Source of the DNA: an uncultured Christensenella sp.
Lineage (GTDB): Bacteria; Bacillota; Clostridia; Christensenellales; UBA3700
NCBI GenBank assembly: GCA_910579785.1
Contig: CAJTVJ010000004.1
Location: 5,842 to 69,841, forward strand
Reading direction: 5' to 3'
DNA length: 64,000 bases
Shown here: piece after piece, positions 18,142 through 27,830 of the stretch
Numbering within the stretch: position 1 is the first letter of the stretch
Layout of the letters: every line of letters begins with the position of its first letter
Made by a program: the position numbers and the translations under genes
Notes under the pieces: model-generated
The model's input: only the letters and a program-made list of their open reading frames with translations
What the model was told of the DNA's origin: nothing
Database searches by the model: none

Positions 18142-19581
18142 ATGTTGCTGAAAAAGTTATTGGATGGATGTCAAATAAATGAAGTGTGCGGAGATTTGAA
18201 TATACAAATCAAGAATATCAAAATCAATTCCGCCGAGGTGGAAGAGGGAGACTGTTTTATCGCGCTCGTAGGAAAGAAGAGCGACGGACATAAATGGGCG
18301 GACGAAGCTGTCGCAAGAGGCGCAAGCGCAGTGATATGTTGCAGTGAGTACAGCAATTCTTTGGCATGTGTGGTGAGAGTGGACGACACTCGCAAGGCGT
18401 ACAGTATCATGGCGCAAAATTACTATGACAGGGCGTGCGACAAACTCAAATTGATAACGGTGGTGGGCACCAACGGCAAATCGACGACGGCGTATCTCAT
18501 AAAAGAGCTGTTGCAAAGAGGGGGAATAAATTGCGGACTTATAGGCACGATGTACTATGAATATGCGGACGTCAAGCTGTCTGCTAATTTGACGACTCCC
18601 GACCCAATGGAGCTCAACGGACTTTTTGCCAAGATGCTTGCCGCTGATATGCAATACGTGGTGATGGAGCTGTCGGCGCACGCGATATATCTCAACAAGC
18701 TGTACGGCGTAAAGGCAGATATGAGCGTATTTACCAATTTGTCGCAAGACCATCTCGACTTCTTTGGCAATATGTCGCAGTACGGAGAGTGCAAGAAGAG
18801 TTATTTTGTCAAAGACAATACAAATCTTGCAATCGTCAACGTCGACGACGCTCTTGGGCTGCAAATTATAAAAGAAAATAAATTGCCAATAATCACATAC
18901 GGACTTGACAATCCAAGCGACGCATTTGCTATAAATATCACGTCGGGAGAAAACGGCGAGACGTTTGTAGCCAACGTGCTTGACGATATCTTGGACATAA
19001 ATTGCAGATTTTTCGGTAAGTTCAACGTCTACAACATGCTGGGAGCTTTGGTTGTTGCCAAAAAGGTTGGGCTGTCCAACAGGACGATTATGCAAAATCT
19101 GCCTGACATACCTACGCCCGACGGCCGATTTAACGTGGTCAAGAAAAAGGGCGTGACGTACGTCATTGACTTTGCCCATACGCCCGACGGCATGTTCAAT
19201 CTTCTCAAAGAGGGAAGGCATATGACTGACAAAAAGGTCATCACAATATTTGGCTGCGGAGGCGACAGAGACGTGACGAAACGTCCTGTGATGGGCAAGA
19301 TTGCAGGAGAGATGAGCGACATAGTGATAGTCACTTCCGACAATCCGCGCACCGAGAGCAGAGAGGCTATTGCAGGCGACATACTTCAAGGATTGCAACC
19401 AAAGGGGCATTTGTACGTCGAGCTTGACAGAGCCAAGGCGATACGTCTCGGAGTCGAGCTGGCGAGACAGGGCGATTGCGTCTTTATTGCTGGCAAAGGC
19501 AGTGAAAACTATATTGACGAAAACAACGTAAAGACGCCTTATTCCGACTTGCAAGAGTTGCTTGACGCTGTCGGCGGCTGA
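18142..19581 (+). CDS. murE: UDP-N-acetylmuramoyl-L-alanyl-D-glutamate--2,6-diaminopimelate ligase
   Basis: GTNGKSTT P-loop, a DNPR motif near the C-terminus (typical of meso-DAP-adding MurE), and dcw synteny. Confidence 0.92.
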   Translation: MLLKKLLDGCQINEVCGDLNIQIKNIKINSAEVEEGDCFIALVGKKSDGHKWADEAVARGASAVICCSEYSNSLACVVRVDDTRKAYSIMAQNYYDRACDKLKLITVVGTNGKSTTAYLIKELLQRGGINCGLIGTMYYEYADVKLSANLTTPDPMELNGLFAKMLAADMQYVVMELSAHAIYLNKLYGVKADMSVFTNLSQDHLDFFGNMSQYGECKKSYFVKDNTNLAIVNVDDALGLQIIKENKLPIITYGLDNPSDAFAINITSGENGETFVANVLDDILDINCRFFGKFNVYNMLGALVVAKKVGLSNRTIMQNLPDIPTPDGRFNVVKKKGVTYVIDFAHTPDGMFNLLKEGRHMTDKKVITIFGCGGDRDVTKRPVMGKIAGEMSDIVIVTSDNPRTESREAIAGDILQGLQPKGHLYVELDRAKAIRLGVELARQGDCVFIAGKGSENYIDENNVKTPYSDLQELLDAVGG

Positions 19582-19597
19582 TAGTTTTGGAGGGAAC

Positions 19598-20605
19598 ATG
19601 AGTGACGAAATAAAGATTTCTCTCGCATTGATAACTTCTTTTGCGCTTGCTATGCTTATCGCGCCTCTCATTATCAGGATGATGAGAGCGCTCAAAGCGG
19701 GACAACCTATACTCAAATATGTGGACAAGCACGAGGGAAAGAGCGGCACGCCTACTATGGGCGGAATTATTTTTTTGCTTCCGACGGCGATAGTGACGGC
19801 GGTATTTTCTATCGGCGCTGGCAAGATGGGTATCGTCGCTATGGCAATCACGTTGAGTTACGGACTTGTTGGACTTCTCGACGACTTTTTGAAAGTCAAA
19901 CTGAGACACAACGAGGGATTAAAGGCATATCAAAAGATTATCGGTCAGCTTGGCATAGGAGTCATAGCGACATTGTATTGTTATAAAAACAGCTTTATCG
20001 GCTCAACGATAGAGCTGCCGTTTTGCGACGTAACGGTGGATATCAAATGGTGGTTTCTGCCTTTTTGTCTCTTTATCTATATCGCAATGACCAATGCGGT
20101 AAATCTCACCGACGGATTGGACGGACTTGTCGCCAAGTCTTCGTCTGTCAATTTGGTTTTTTATATTCTCATTATCTACGTATGCTTTTACAAAGCGATA
20201 CAGATGGGACAGACGTTTTATGCAGAGCAGTTGCTTTCGCTTGAATTTTTTGCGGCGGCTATGCTTGGCAGTATGCTGGCGTTTATATGGCACAACAATC
20301 ATCCGGCAAAGATATTTATGGGCGACACAGGGTCTTTGGCAATGGGCGGAGCATTGGCATGTTTTGCAATTTTTATTTCCCAGCCTTTAATTATTCTTTT
20401 GACAGGCATAATGTATATAGTATCGTGCATATCAGTAATATTGCAGGTAGTAAGTTTTAAGTTGAGAAAAAAGAGGATTTTCCTTATTGCTCCTTATCAC
20501 CATCACCTGGAATATAAAGGTATTCACGAGAACAGAATAGTCGGGTTTTATGCAATTATCACTTTTATTGCAAGCGCGGTAGCGTTGATATCTGTCCTCG
20601 TATAG
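19598..20605 (+). CDS. mraY: Phospho-N-acetylmuramoyl-pentapeptide transferase
   Basis: Ten TM segments; TPTMGG, NAVNLTDGLDGL, PAKIFMGDTGSLALGG-like and HHHLE motifs. The ATG at 19598 follows GGAGGG. Confidence 0.95.
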   Translation: MSDEIKISLALITSFALAMLIAPLIIRMMRALKAGQPILKYVDKHEGKSGTPTMGGIIFLLPTAIVTAVFSIGAGKMGIVAMAITLSYGLVGLLDDFLKVKLRHNEGLKAYQKIIGQLGIGVIATLYCYKNSFIGSTIELPFCDVTVDIKWWFLPFCLFIYIAMTNAVNLTDGLDGLVAKSSSVNLVFYILIIYVCFYKAIQMGQTFYAEQLLSLEFFAAAMLGSMLAFIWHNNHPAKIFMGDTGSLAMGGALACFAIFISQPLIILLTGIMYIVSCISVILQVVSFKLRKKRIFLIAPYHHHLEYKGIHENRIVGFYAIITFIASAVALISVLV

Positions 20606-20614
20606 GAGGACGTT

Positions 20615-21940
20615 TTGAAAAATGCAGTCATAATCGGTTGGGGCAAGAGCGGCAAGGGCGCGGCGAAGTTGCTGCTTAATCACGGTATAGGAGTCAGCGT
20701 GTATGCAGACGCAGAGTTGGACCTTTCGTCATATCCGCAGGTGGACAACGTCAGCAAACTCGATTATTTTGACGTGATAAGCGGCAAAGATACGCTTGTG
20801 CTTTCGCCGAGCGTGCCGATGGATCATCCTCTCGTGGAGTATGCAAGAAGATTTAATCTGTCGGTGATAGGCGAAATAGAGCTGGGATATAAATTCTGCA
20901 AAGGCAATATCATAGCTATCACAGGCACCAACGGTAAGACTACTACCACCAAGCTTATAGGCGATATTGTAAACGTAGGCGGCATAAAGGCGTATACTCT
21001 CGGCAATATCGGCGAAAGTTTTTGCGAGAGCGTCGACGCGATAGGAGAGAGGGAAATAGCCGTGTTGGAAGTTTCTTCTTTTCAGTTGCAAAGCGTCAAG
21101 GACTTTCATCCGCATATCGCAAGCTGTCTCAACGTCACTCCCGACCATATGGAAAGGCATAAGACGATGGACAACTATGCCATGTCCAAATTCAATATAT
21201 TCATAAATCAAGGCGCGGAAGATTACGCTATCCTCAACTATGACGACGCTGTCACAAGAGGATTTGTCGATATGATATCCGCGGACGTCTATTTTACCAG
21301 CAACTCATCCAAAGTCAGAGGCGCATTTGTCAGAGACGGCAAAATTATTGTGGATCTGGGAAAAGAGGAAGAACTCATATCTCTTGACGAGATACCTTTG
21401 AAAGGTAAGTTTAATTATCAAAACGTCATGACTGCCGCGCTTTCCTGCATTTTGCTTGGAGTGGACAAGGATGTGATAGCAGGGGCTATACGCAATTTCA
21501 AGCCGCCTAAATATCGCAATGAATACATAGGCGACATAGACGGCAAAAATATTTTCAACGATTCCAAAGCTACCAATATCGACAGTACATTAAAGGCGTG
21601 CGAATCTATGCGCGGCGACACAGCGCTTATAGTCGGCGGCTATGACAAAGGCATAGCGTATGACGGATTTTTTTCGGGACTGCCGAGTTGTGTCAAGCAC
21701 ATAATCGCGACGGGCGACAACGTATATTCGATCATGCAATTTCTGCCGTCATACCACGAGTATACTTTTGAGATAACCTCGTCGCTTCAAAGAGCGGCCG
21801 AGCTTGCGCTTGAAAAGGACGTGCGCAATATATTATTTTCCCCGACGACTTCCAGCTTTGACAGATACAGCGGATATATGGAGAGAGGCGAGCACTTTGA
21901 CATGATAATCGGCTCGTTGAAGGACGGAGGTAAGTTGTGA
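20615..21940 (+). CDS. murD: UDP-N-acetylmuramoylalanine--D-glutamate ligase (TTG start)
   Basis: GWGKSGKG Rossmann N-terminus, GTNGKTTT P-loop, NDSKATN motif. Confidence 0.9.
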   Translation: MKNAVIIGWGKSGKGAAKLLLNHGIGVSVYADAELDLSSYPQVDNVSKLDYFDVISGKDTLVLSPSVPMDHPLVEYARRFNLSVIGEIELGYKFCKGNIIAITGTNGKTTTTKLIGDIVNVGGIKAYTLGNIGESFCESVDAIGEREIAVLEVSSFQLQSVKDFHPHIASCLNVTPDHMERHKTMDNYAMSKFNIFINQGAEDYAILNYDDAVTRGFVDMISADVYFTSNSSKVRGAFVRDGKIIVDLGKEEELISLDEIPLKGKFNYQNVMTAALSCILLGVDKDVIAGAIRNFKPPKYRNEYIGDIDGKNIFNDSKATNIDSTLKACESMRGDTALIVGGYDKGIAYDGFFSGLPSCVKHIIATGDNVYSIMQFLPSYHEYTFEITSSLQRAAELALEKDVRNILFSPTTSSFDRYSGYMERGEHFDMIIGSLKDGGKL

Positions 21941-23052
21941 AGGAAAGATGGAAGATTCACAATAAGCTCTTGGTGTCGTGCGCTATATTTTTATCGTTGT
22001 TCGGCTTGGTCGTGCAATACAGCGCAAGCAGTTATTCAGCGCTAAATCAATTCGGCGACGCGTTTTATTACGTCAAAAAGCAGGCGATAGCCTTGGTATT
22101 TGCCCTGGTCGTGATGTACGCGTTGAAATTTATCAACACAGAATGGCTCAAAAAGTGGCGTTACGTGATATTGGGATTTTCTCTCGTATTGCTTGCATTG
22201 GTATTTGTTCCAAAGATAGGCGTTGAGAATTACGGCGCAAAGAGGTGGATAAATCTCGGCTTTACTACAATGCAGCCGTCTGACGTTGCCAAGTTTGCGC
22301 TTGTGATATTCATTGCGGCTTGTCTTGACAAGAAGAGCATGCTGAGTTTTAAGAACATGTTGCCGGTGCTTATCTCGACTGCGCTGGTGTGCGTGCTTAT
22401 AATGTTGGAGCCTAATATGTCGGTGACCATGTGCGTGGGTATCACGGTGGTGATAATGCTTATAGTCGGCGGCTGTAAATTCAAGCACTTTATGATAATG
22501 GCGATACCTGTGATAGCGGGAGTCATAGTGCTTATACTTATCGAGCCATACAGAGTCAAGAGACTTATGGCTTTTATAGACCCGTGGGCGTCGCCGCTTG
22601 GAGAGGGATATCAACTCATTCAATCGTATTATGCGCTTGGCAGCGGCGGACTTTTCGGTCTCGGACTTTTCAATTCGCGTCAAAAATATCTCTTCCTCAC
22701 GTTTGCGGAAAGCGATTTTATTCTCTCCGTCGTAGGCGAAGAATTGGGATTTGTCGGAGTAGTAATGATACTCAGCATATTCTTTGTCGTCACTTATTGC
22801 GGAATAAAGATAGCAAAGAATGCAGGTAGCAGATTCGACTGCTATTTGGCTTGCGGAATCAGCGCGGTGATAGCCGTGCAGGCGCTTCTCAACGTAGCGG
22901 TGATTTCGGGAAGTATTCCTCCGACGGGAATACCGTTGCCGTTTGTCAGCAACGGCGGTACGTCGCTCGTATGTTTTATGTCTGGTATAGGGATTTTGGA
23001 GAATATAGGCTCAAAATCACAAGAGGGGTATCTCAATCATAAAATATATTGA
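21937..23052 (+). CDS. ftsW: SEDS-family peptidoglycan glycosyltransferase FtsW/SpoVE (GTG start overlapping the murD stop)
   Basis: Multi-TM SEDS protein; QPSDVAKFALVIF, ESDFILSVVGEELGF and PLPFVSNGGTSL motifs. Confidence 0.9.
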   Translation: MKERWKIHNKLLVSCAIFLSLFGLVVQYSASSYSALNQFGDAFYYVKKQAIALVFALVVMYALKFINTEWLKKWRYVILGFSLVLLALVFVPKIGVENYGAKRWINLGFTTMQPSDVAKFALVIFIAACLDKKSMLSFKNMLPVLISTALVCVLIMLEPNMSVTMCVGITVVIMLIVGGCKFKHFMIMAIPVIAGVIVLILIEPYRVKRLMAFIDPWASPLGEGYQLIQSYYALGSGGLFGLGLFNSRQKYLFLTFAESDFILSVVGEELGFVGVVMILSIFFVVTYCGIKIAKNAGSRFDCYLACGISAVIAVQALLNVAVISGSIPPTGIPLPFVSNGGTSLVCFMSGIGILENIGSKSQEGYLNHKIY

Positions 23053-23109
23053 GAATAGACGTATTTCCCTATGGAGATACGGCTTGCTTATTACGAATTG
23101 GAGAGAGAT

Positions 23110-24360
23110 ATGAAAGAATACATAATAAATGGCGGTCAGCCTTTGGACGGTGCTTTGGAGATAAAAGGAGCTAAAAACAGCATCTTGCCATTGATGGCTG
23201 CAAGCATTTTGACAGATGAAATTACAGTGTTGCACAACTGCCCCAACATAAGCGACGTGGACAGTATGATAAATATACTCGAAGGTTTAGGGAGTAAAAT
23301 AATTCGCAGCGGAAGAGACGTGATAATTGACAACTCGATGACAGACAAGAGCGAGATACCTGCCTCTTTGGCAAAAGAATTACGCTCCTCGGTTTTTTTA
23401 TTGGGGTCGCTTTTATCTAGGCACAAAAAAGCCAAAGTTGCTTATCCTGGCGGATGCGATATAGGATTGCGCCCGATCGACATACATATCACAGGACTTA
23501 GAGAACTCGGAATAGAGATTCAGGAACAAGGCGGTTATATACTGTGTAATTGCCTCAATGCAAAGAGCGCGGATATAGTGCTTGACCTGCCAAGCGTCGG
23601 CGCGACGGAAAATCTTATGCTCGCGTCTGTATTCATAAAGGGCAAGACTGTGATAAGAAATTGCGCCAAAGAGCCGGAGATTGTCGATTTGCAGAAATTT
23701 TTGAATACGATGGGCGCAAAGATACGCGGCGCAGGCAGCAGCGTGATAGTGGTGGAGGGCGTGGATAAACTTCATGGCATAGAGTATACTCCGATACCCG
23801 ACAGGATAGTGGCAGGCACTTATCTTATTGCGGCGGCTATGTGCGGAGGCAACGTCGAACTCAGCGGCGTAAATCCCGAACATATATCGTCTTTAATATC
23901 CAAATTGTCAAAAACTACTTGCAAAGTTCATATAAAAAATGATAGAATACTTATTAGAAGCAAAGGTAGACAAAAAAGTCTTGAATGTATAGAGACGATG
24001 TATTATCCCGGTTTTCCCACCGACTTGCAGTCGCAGATAATGGCGATGCAAACTGTGTCGAGAGGTACCAGCGTGATAGTTGAGAATATCTTTGAGACGA
24101 GATTTAAGACTGCAAGTCAGCTCAAAAAGCTTGGCGCGGACATCACGATAAAGGGAAGAGTCGCCGTCATTAGAGGCGTCAAAGAACTTATCGGGGCAGA
24201 AGTTGCGGCGAGCGATCTGCGCGGAGGAGCGTCTTTGGTGCTTGCCGGACTTGTGGCAAAAGGCACCAGCATAGTCAAAGATATACATTACATTGACAGA
24301 GGCTATGAAGATTTGTCTGTCGAATTGCAGAAATTGGGAGCAAACGTAAGAAGGACTTAA
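23110..24360 (+). CDS. murA: UDP-N-acetylglucosamine 1-carboxyvinyltransferase
   Basis: KGAKNSILPLMAAS, active-site Cys in PGGCDIGLRPID, C-terminal IDRGYE. The start MKEYIING follows GGAGAG. Confidence 0.92.
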   Translation: MKEYIINGGQPLDGALEIKGAKNSILPLMAASILTDEITVLHNCPNISDVDSMINILEGLGSKIIRSGRDVIIDNSMTDKSEIPASLAKELRSSVFLLGSLLSRHKKAKVAYPGGCDIGLRPIDIHITGLRELGIEIQEQGGYILCNCLNAKSADIVLDLPSVGATENLMLASVFIKGKTVIRNCAKEPEIVDLQKFLNTMGAKIRGAGSSVIVVEGVDKLHGIEYTPIPDRIVAGTYLIAAAMCGGNVELSGVNPEHISSLISKLSKTTCKVHIKNDRILIRSKGRQKSLECIETMYYPGFPTDLQSQIMAMQTVSRGTSVIVENIFETRFKTASQLKKLGADITIKGRVAVIRGVKELIGAEVAASDLRGGASLVLAGLVAKGTSIVKDIHYIDRGYEDLSVELQKLGANVRRT

Positions 24361-24363
24361 TAA

Positions 24364-25098
24364 ATGAGAAAAAGACTTTGGATTATCTTGGGTATTGTCG
24401 TTGCGATAGCGTTTATCGCAGTGATGAGCTATTGCGTATTTTCGATAGGTAAGATAGACGTCGACACTACCGTAGATATGGCGGTGATGACCAAGGAAGA
24501 AAAGTCCGAGATAATAGAGATAAGCGGCATACGCAAAGGCAAAAATATCTTTGCCATAGACGAGAATATTGCCAAGAGTAATATTGAGTTGAGTATGCCG
24601 ACTCTCAAAGTCATCTCTATTGAGAGAGCTTTTCCAAATATCGTCTATATCCACGTTACTCGCCGCACCCCCGTATTTTGGATGCTGCTTGACGGAGGTA
24701 AGTATGCGATATTGGATAGAGAACTTAAAATCATTGAGATTTCCGACGTATATGATACTTCACTCACGCAGATTGTAGGAGTCAAGGCTGAGTCGGTTGC
24801 ATTGGGAGAGATATTGCCCGACAGCAAAGTTTTGCTCAATCTAATAAAGGGCGCGGAAACAAATTCCTTTATCAACGCAAGATTTTCGGCGTTTTACAGG
24901 AAGGTTGTCGTTGAGGAAAATTATATATATCTGACCAGCAACACGGGAGTTATATTTCAACTTCCGATATCGCAGAATATCAACGAAAGCGTGACGGGAA
25001 GTTATGGATATTATCTCAACAACGCCAGCGAGCGTGGGCGCAACAGCGGATATATCTATCTCGACGAATACGGTTGGTATTGGAAAGAGAGCCTTTAA
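24364..25098 (+). CDS. ftsQ: Cell division protein FtsQ/DivIB
   Basis: N-terminal TM segment, POTRA-like segment (ISGIRKGKNIFAIDENIAKSNIE..VISIERAFPNIVYIHVTRR), and position before ftsA. Confidence 0.7.
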   Translation: MRKRLWIILGIVVAIAFIAVMSYCVFSIGKIDVDTTVDMAVMTKEEKSEIIEISGIRKGKNIFAIDENIAKSNIELSMPTLKVISIERAFPNIVYIHVTRRTPVFWMLLDGGKYAILDRELKIIEISDVYDTSLTQIVGVKAESVALGEILPDSKVLLNLIKGAETNSFINARFSAFYRKVVVEENYIYLTSNTGVIFQLPISQNINESVTGSYGYYLNNASERGRNSGYIYLDEYGWYWKESL

Positions 25099-25211
25099 GT
25101 CGATATCTTGCCATATATTTTAACAATTTGTCTGATTTTTCGACAAAGAAGTAGTATATTTAACAATTATCTATACTTTTATAGCGTTTTGCAAAAATAC
25201 ATCTTTTCTCA

Positions 25212-25241
25212 TTGACAATTATAATATTATAATATTATAAT
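25212..25241 (+). promoter_or_regulatory. Sigma-A-type promoter ending 6 nt before the ftsA ATG (leaderless layout)
   Basis: TTGACA-18 nt-TATAAT within a triple attataat repeat. No SD precedes the ATG at 25248. Confidence 0.5.
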
Positions 25242-25247
25242 AAATAT

Positions 25248-26432
25248 ATGAAAGACATTGCAATACTCGATTTTGGATCGGGCAAAATAACTTTTGCCGT
25301 TGGAATAAATTCAGTTGACAGCTCTTTTGTTGTTAAGAATTTTGCATCCGTCGAATACTCGGGATATTACAATGGGCAGTGGGTCTCAAAAGACGATTTG
25401 CAAGACGACGTTCAAAGGGCAATATCGCAGAGCGGTTTTGACTTTCGTCAGAAGACTTTGTTTGTCGTCGTGCCGTCGGAGTTTACTCAAATCAAGACCA
25501 GCGGCATGTACAGCGATTTCGGTAAGAGAAGAGAGATTACTTCGTCCCTGCTTATGCAGATACACAACAAGGCTGAGGGGATAAAGCCGGGCGGGTATAC
25601 TACGCTGTGTTCTTCTGCGATAGAATACGTCATAGACGGCAACCGTCATATTCTCGACCCGATAGGAGAGGTCGGCAACAGCATTTATGCCAATATGTCG
25701 TATGTGTTTTGCAAAGATACTTTTATCAACGACGTACACAGTATCGCGTTGAGATTGGGATTTAAAGAGGTAAAATATATAGACGGCATATGGGCGATAG
25801 GCAGTCAGTTGATAGACAAACGCGCAAGAATAAACGGTGCGGTGCTAATTGACGTGGGATATGCGTCGACGACTTTTGCGCTTGTCAAGGGCGACGGGCT
25901 TAAATATAAAAAGGACAAGCCTTTCGGCATAGGTTTTATGATAGACGGATTGGCAAATGCTTTGGGCGTTGATTATGAAGTCGCGCAAGATATGATGTCG
26001 CAGATAATTCTAAATATAGAGTGCGACGAGACAAGCGTATATCAATACCGTATCGGTATGCGAAATTACGAGTGCAGGTCAAAGGATATCAATAAATATC
26101 TGCACAGTTTGATAAGCGCCGAGCTTGTGAATTTCGTTCATCAATGTATACGGGAAGTTGAGGAGGCGGAGGGTATGGAGACCAGCGTGATGTCTCAAAA
26201 TTCTCTCGGCTCAATCAATCTTATGACTGAATATTATCTGACGGGCGGCGGATTGTGCGCATTGAGAGGCGGTCCGCAGTTTTTTGCAAGGTCTATCGAG
26301 CAAGAGTTAGACGTGTTGGTCGGCAATACCGCAGGATGGGACAAGCCGTATTACTCATCGCTCTTCGCGGCAATGGAAATAGCGGCAAAAATGAAGAAAA
26401 AAAGCACTTTGCTGGAAAAATTATTCGGCTAA
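25248..26432 (+). CDS. ftsA: Divergent actin-like cell division protein FtsA
   Basis: N-terminal phosphate-1 motif IAILDFGSGKITFAV, later LIDVGYASTTFALV and YYLTGGG. Lies immediately upstream of ftsZ. Confidence 0.7.
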   Translation: MKDIAILDFGSGKITFAVGINSVDSSFVVKNFASVEYSGYYNGQWVSKDDLQDDVQRAISQSGFDFRQKTLFVVVPSEFTQIKTSGMYSDFGKRREITSSLLMQIHNKAEGIKPGGYTTLCSSAIEYVIDGNRHILDPIGEVGNSIYANMSYVFCKDTFINDVHSIALRLGFKEVKYIDGIWAIGSQLIDKRARINGAVLIDVGYASTTFALVKGDGLKYKKDKPFGIGFMIDGLANALGVDYEVAQDMMSQIILNIECDETSVYQYRIGMRNYECRSKDINKYLHSLISAELVNFVHQCIREVEEAEGMETSVMSQNSLGSINLMTEYYLTGGGLCALRGGPQFFARSIEQELDVLVGNTAGWDKPYYSSLFAAMEIAAKMKKKSTLLEKLFG

Positions 26433-26451
26433 ATGGGAGGAATACGATTTT

Positions 26452-27738
26452 ATGGCAGCAATGACAACAAAAATAAAAGTAGTAGGAGTAGGCGGTTGCG
26501 GAACAAACACCGTCGTTAGTATGATAAAAACGGGACTTAGAGGGGTCGACTTTTATATGGTCAACACCGACAATTCCCATTTAAAAGACGCAGTAGATAA
26601 CATGCTGACAAGCGAAGAAGTGGAAGAGCTTGGCGAACATCTTAAAACGATAAATATCGGAGAAAAGGCAACGAAAGGTCAGGGGGCAGGCGCAGACCCG
26701 ATTATGGGCGAAAAGGCTGCGGAAGAGTCGGTAAAAGAGCTGACAAACATGCTTGCCGGCACTGATTTGCTATTCATTGTCGCAGGTATGGGCGGCGGTA
26801 CGGGAACGGGCGCTTCGCCTGTCATTGCAAAGATGGCAAAAGAGCTTAATCCCGAGATACTTATCGTATCTGCGGTGACCAAACCGTTTGCGATAGAGTT
26901 TACAAGAAAGCAGAGCGTTGCAGAAAAAGGCATAGAAAAACTGCAAAGATATGTCGATTCTCTTATCATTATCCCCAATCAGCGTATGGTCGAGGGCGAT
27001 CCTGGTATCACGCTTACGGGCGCGTATGAGAAGGTCAATAAGATTATTGCCAACGCAGTGAGAAGTATCAGCGATCTTATCAATTTCCCAAGCTATATCA
27101 ACGTGGATTTTGCAGATATCAAAAAGACCATGAAAGGCAAAGGCTATTCGCATATTGGTCTTGGCGCAGGCGAAGGACCGAGCACTTCTGATAGAATGAT
27201 AAAGGCTATCAAGTCGGCTGCAAATACAGACGTGCTCAATACTAACATATCGGGCGCGACAGGACTTATAATCAATATTCAATCTTCTAAGGACATTGCT
27301 TACAGCGAGCTTGAAGACGCGCACAACTTTGTATCTGAGCTTGTGGCGAGAGACGTTGAGTGCATATTCGGACATCAGATAGACGAGAAGCTTGGTCAGA
27401 AAGTAATAGTGACTATTATAGCGGCAGGCTGTAAGGTAGAAAATTTGCCTTTGGGCGGTATGTCGCAGGTGAACAGACCTACGTACGGTCAAGGGGCGCA
27501 GCCAAACGCTCAGCGCGTAGGTAATGCCGGAGGTTATGCGCCTCAACCGCAGCAAAGACCTCAACCGAGAGTTCAGCCAAGACCTATGCCGCAAGTTGAT
27601 ATGACCCAACGCGCGCCTCAGCAACCGCCTGTCAGACCTACCAGAATAGATTCTACACAAGGGCGTGAAGTGCCTAATGACGCTCCTTCGTTTATGAAGA
27701 GGATATTGGGCAGAAAGAAGCCTGACAACAGACAGTAA
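26452..27738 (+). CDS. ftsZ: Cell division GTPase FtsZ (divergent, with a P/Q-rich C-terminal linker)
   Basis: GVGGCGTN, GQGAGADP, AGMGGGTGTGASPV (tubulin signature), NVDFADI (T7 loop). Confidence 0.93.
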   Translation: MAAMTTKIKVVGVGGCGTNTVVSMIKTGLRGVDFYMVNTDNSHLKDAVDNMLTSEEVEELGEHLKTINIGEKATKGQGAGADPIMGEKAAEESVKELTNMLAGTDLLFIVAGMGGGTGTGASPVIAKMAKELNPEILIVSAVTKPFAIEFTRKQSVAEKGIEKLQRYVDSLIIIPNQRMVEGDPGITLTGAYEKVNKIIANAVRSISDLINFPSYINVDFADIKKTMKGKGYSHIGLGAGEGPSTSDRMIKAIKSAANTDVLNTNISGATGLIINIQSSKDIAYSELEDAHNFVSELVARDVECIFGHQIDEKLGQKVIVTIIAAGCKVENLPLGGMSQVNRPTYGQGAQPNAQRVGNAGGYAPQPQQRPQPRVQPRPMPQVDMTQRAPQQPPVRPTRIDSTQGREVPNDAPSFMKRILGRKKPDNRQ

Positions 27739-27770
27739 GCGGTGAGATAAAGTAATAATTCGAGTACAAA

Positions 27771-27807
27771 AAATGTTTCATTCGACAAGAGTGGAACATT
27801 TTTTTAA
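27771..27807 (+). terminator. Hairpin plus T-run after ftsZ
   Basis: aaatgtttc/ggaacattt stem (one G-T pair), 13-nt loop, then T7. Confidence 0.6.
27781..27787 (-). promoter_or_regulatory. Candidate Spo0A box (TGTCGAA on the - strand) upstream of spoIIGA
   Basis: Exact 0A-box heptamer about 32 nt upstream of the -10 element at 27819. A single 7-mer is weak evidence on its own. Confidence 0.3.
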
Positions 27808-27818
27808 TTTTACTGCGT

Positions 27819-27824
27819 TATAAT
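27819..27824 (+). promoter_or_regulatory. TATAAT -10 element 6 nt before the spoIIGA ATG, with no good -35 box
   Basis: gttataatgcgactATG. The absent -35 box is consistent with an activator-dependent promoter. Confidence 0.35.
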
Positions 27825-27830
27825 GCGACT

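Noticed and set aside
18157-19851. 564-aa ORF on the - strand, antisense to all of murE and the start of mraY.
   Set aside because: The + strand encodes textbook MurE and MraY. The antisense product is motif-less and has no SD. Many other conserved genes here also carry long antisense ORFs (for example 48750-49703, 26770-27660, 55668-56549, 57939-58757, 37895-38776). That pattern is expected when sense codons that would create antisense stops (TTA, CTA, TCA in frame) are avoided. I treat it as a codon-bias artefact.
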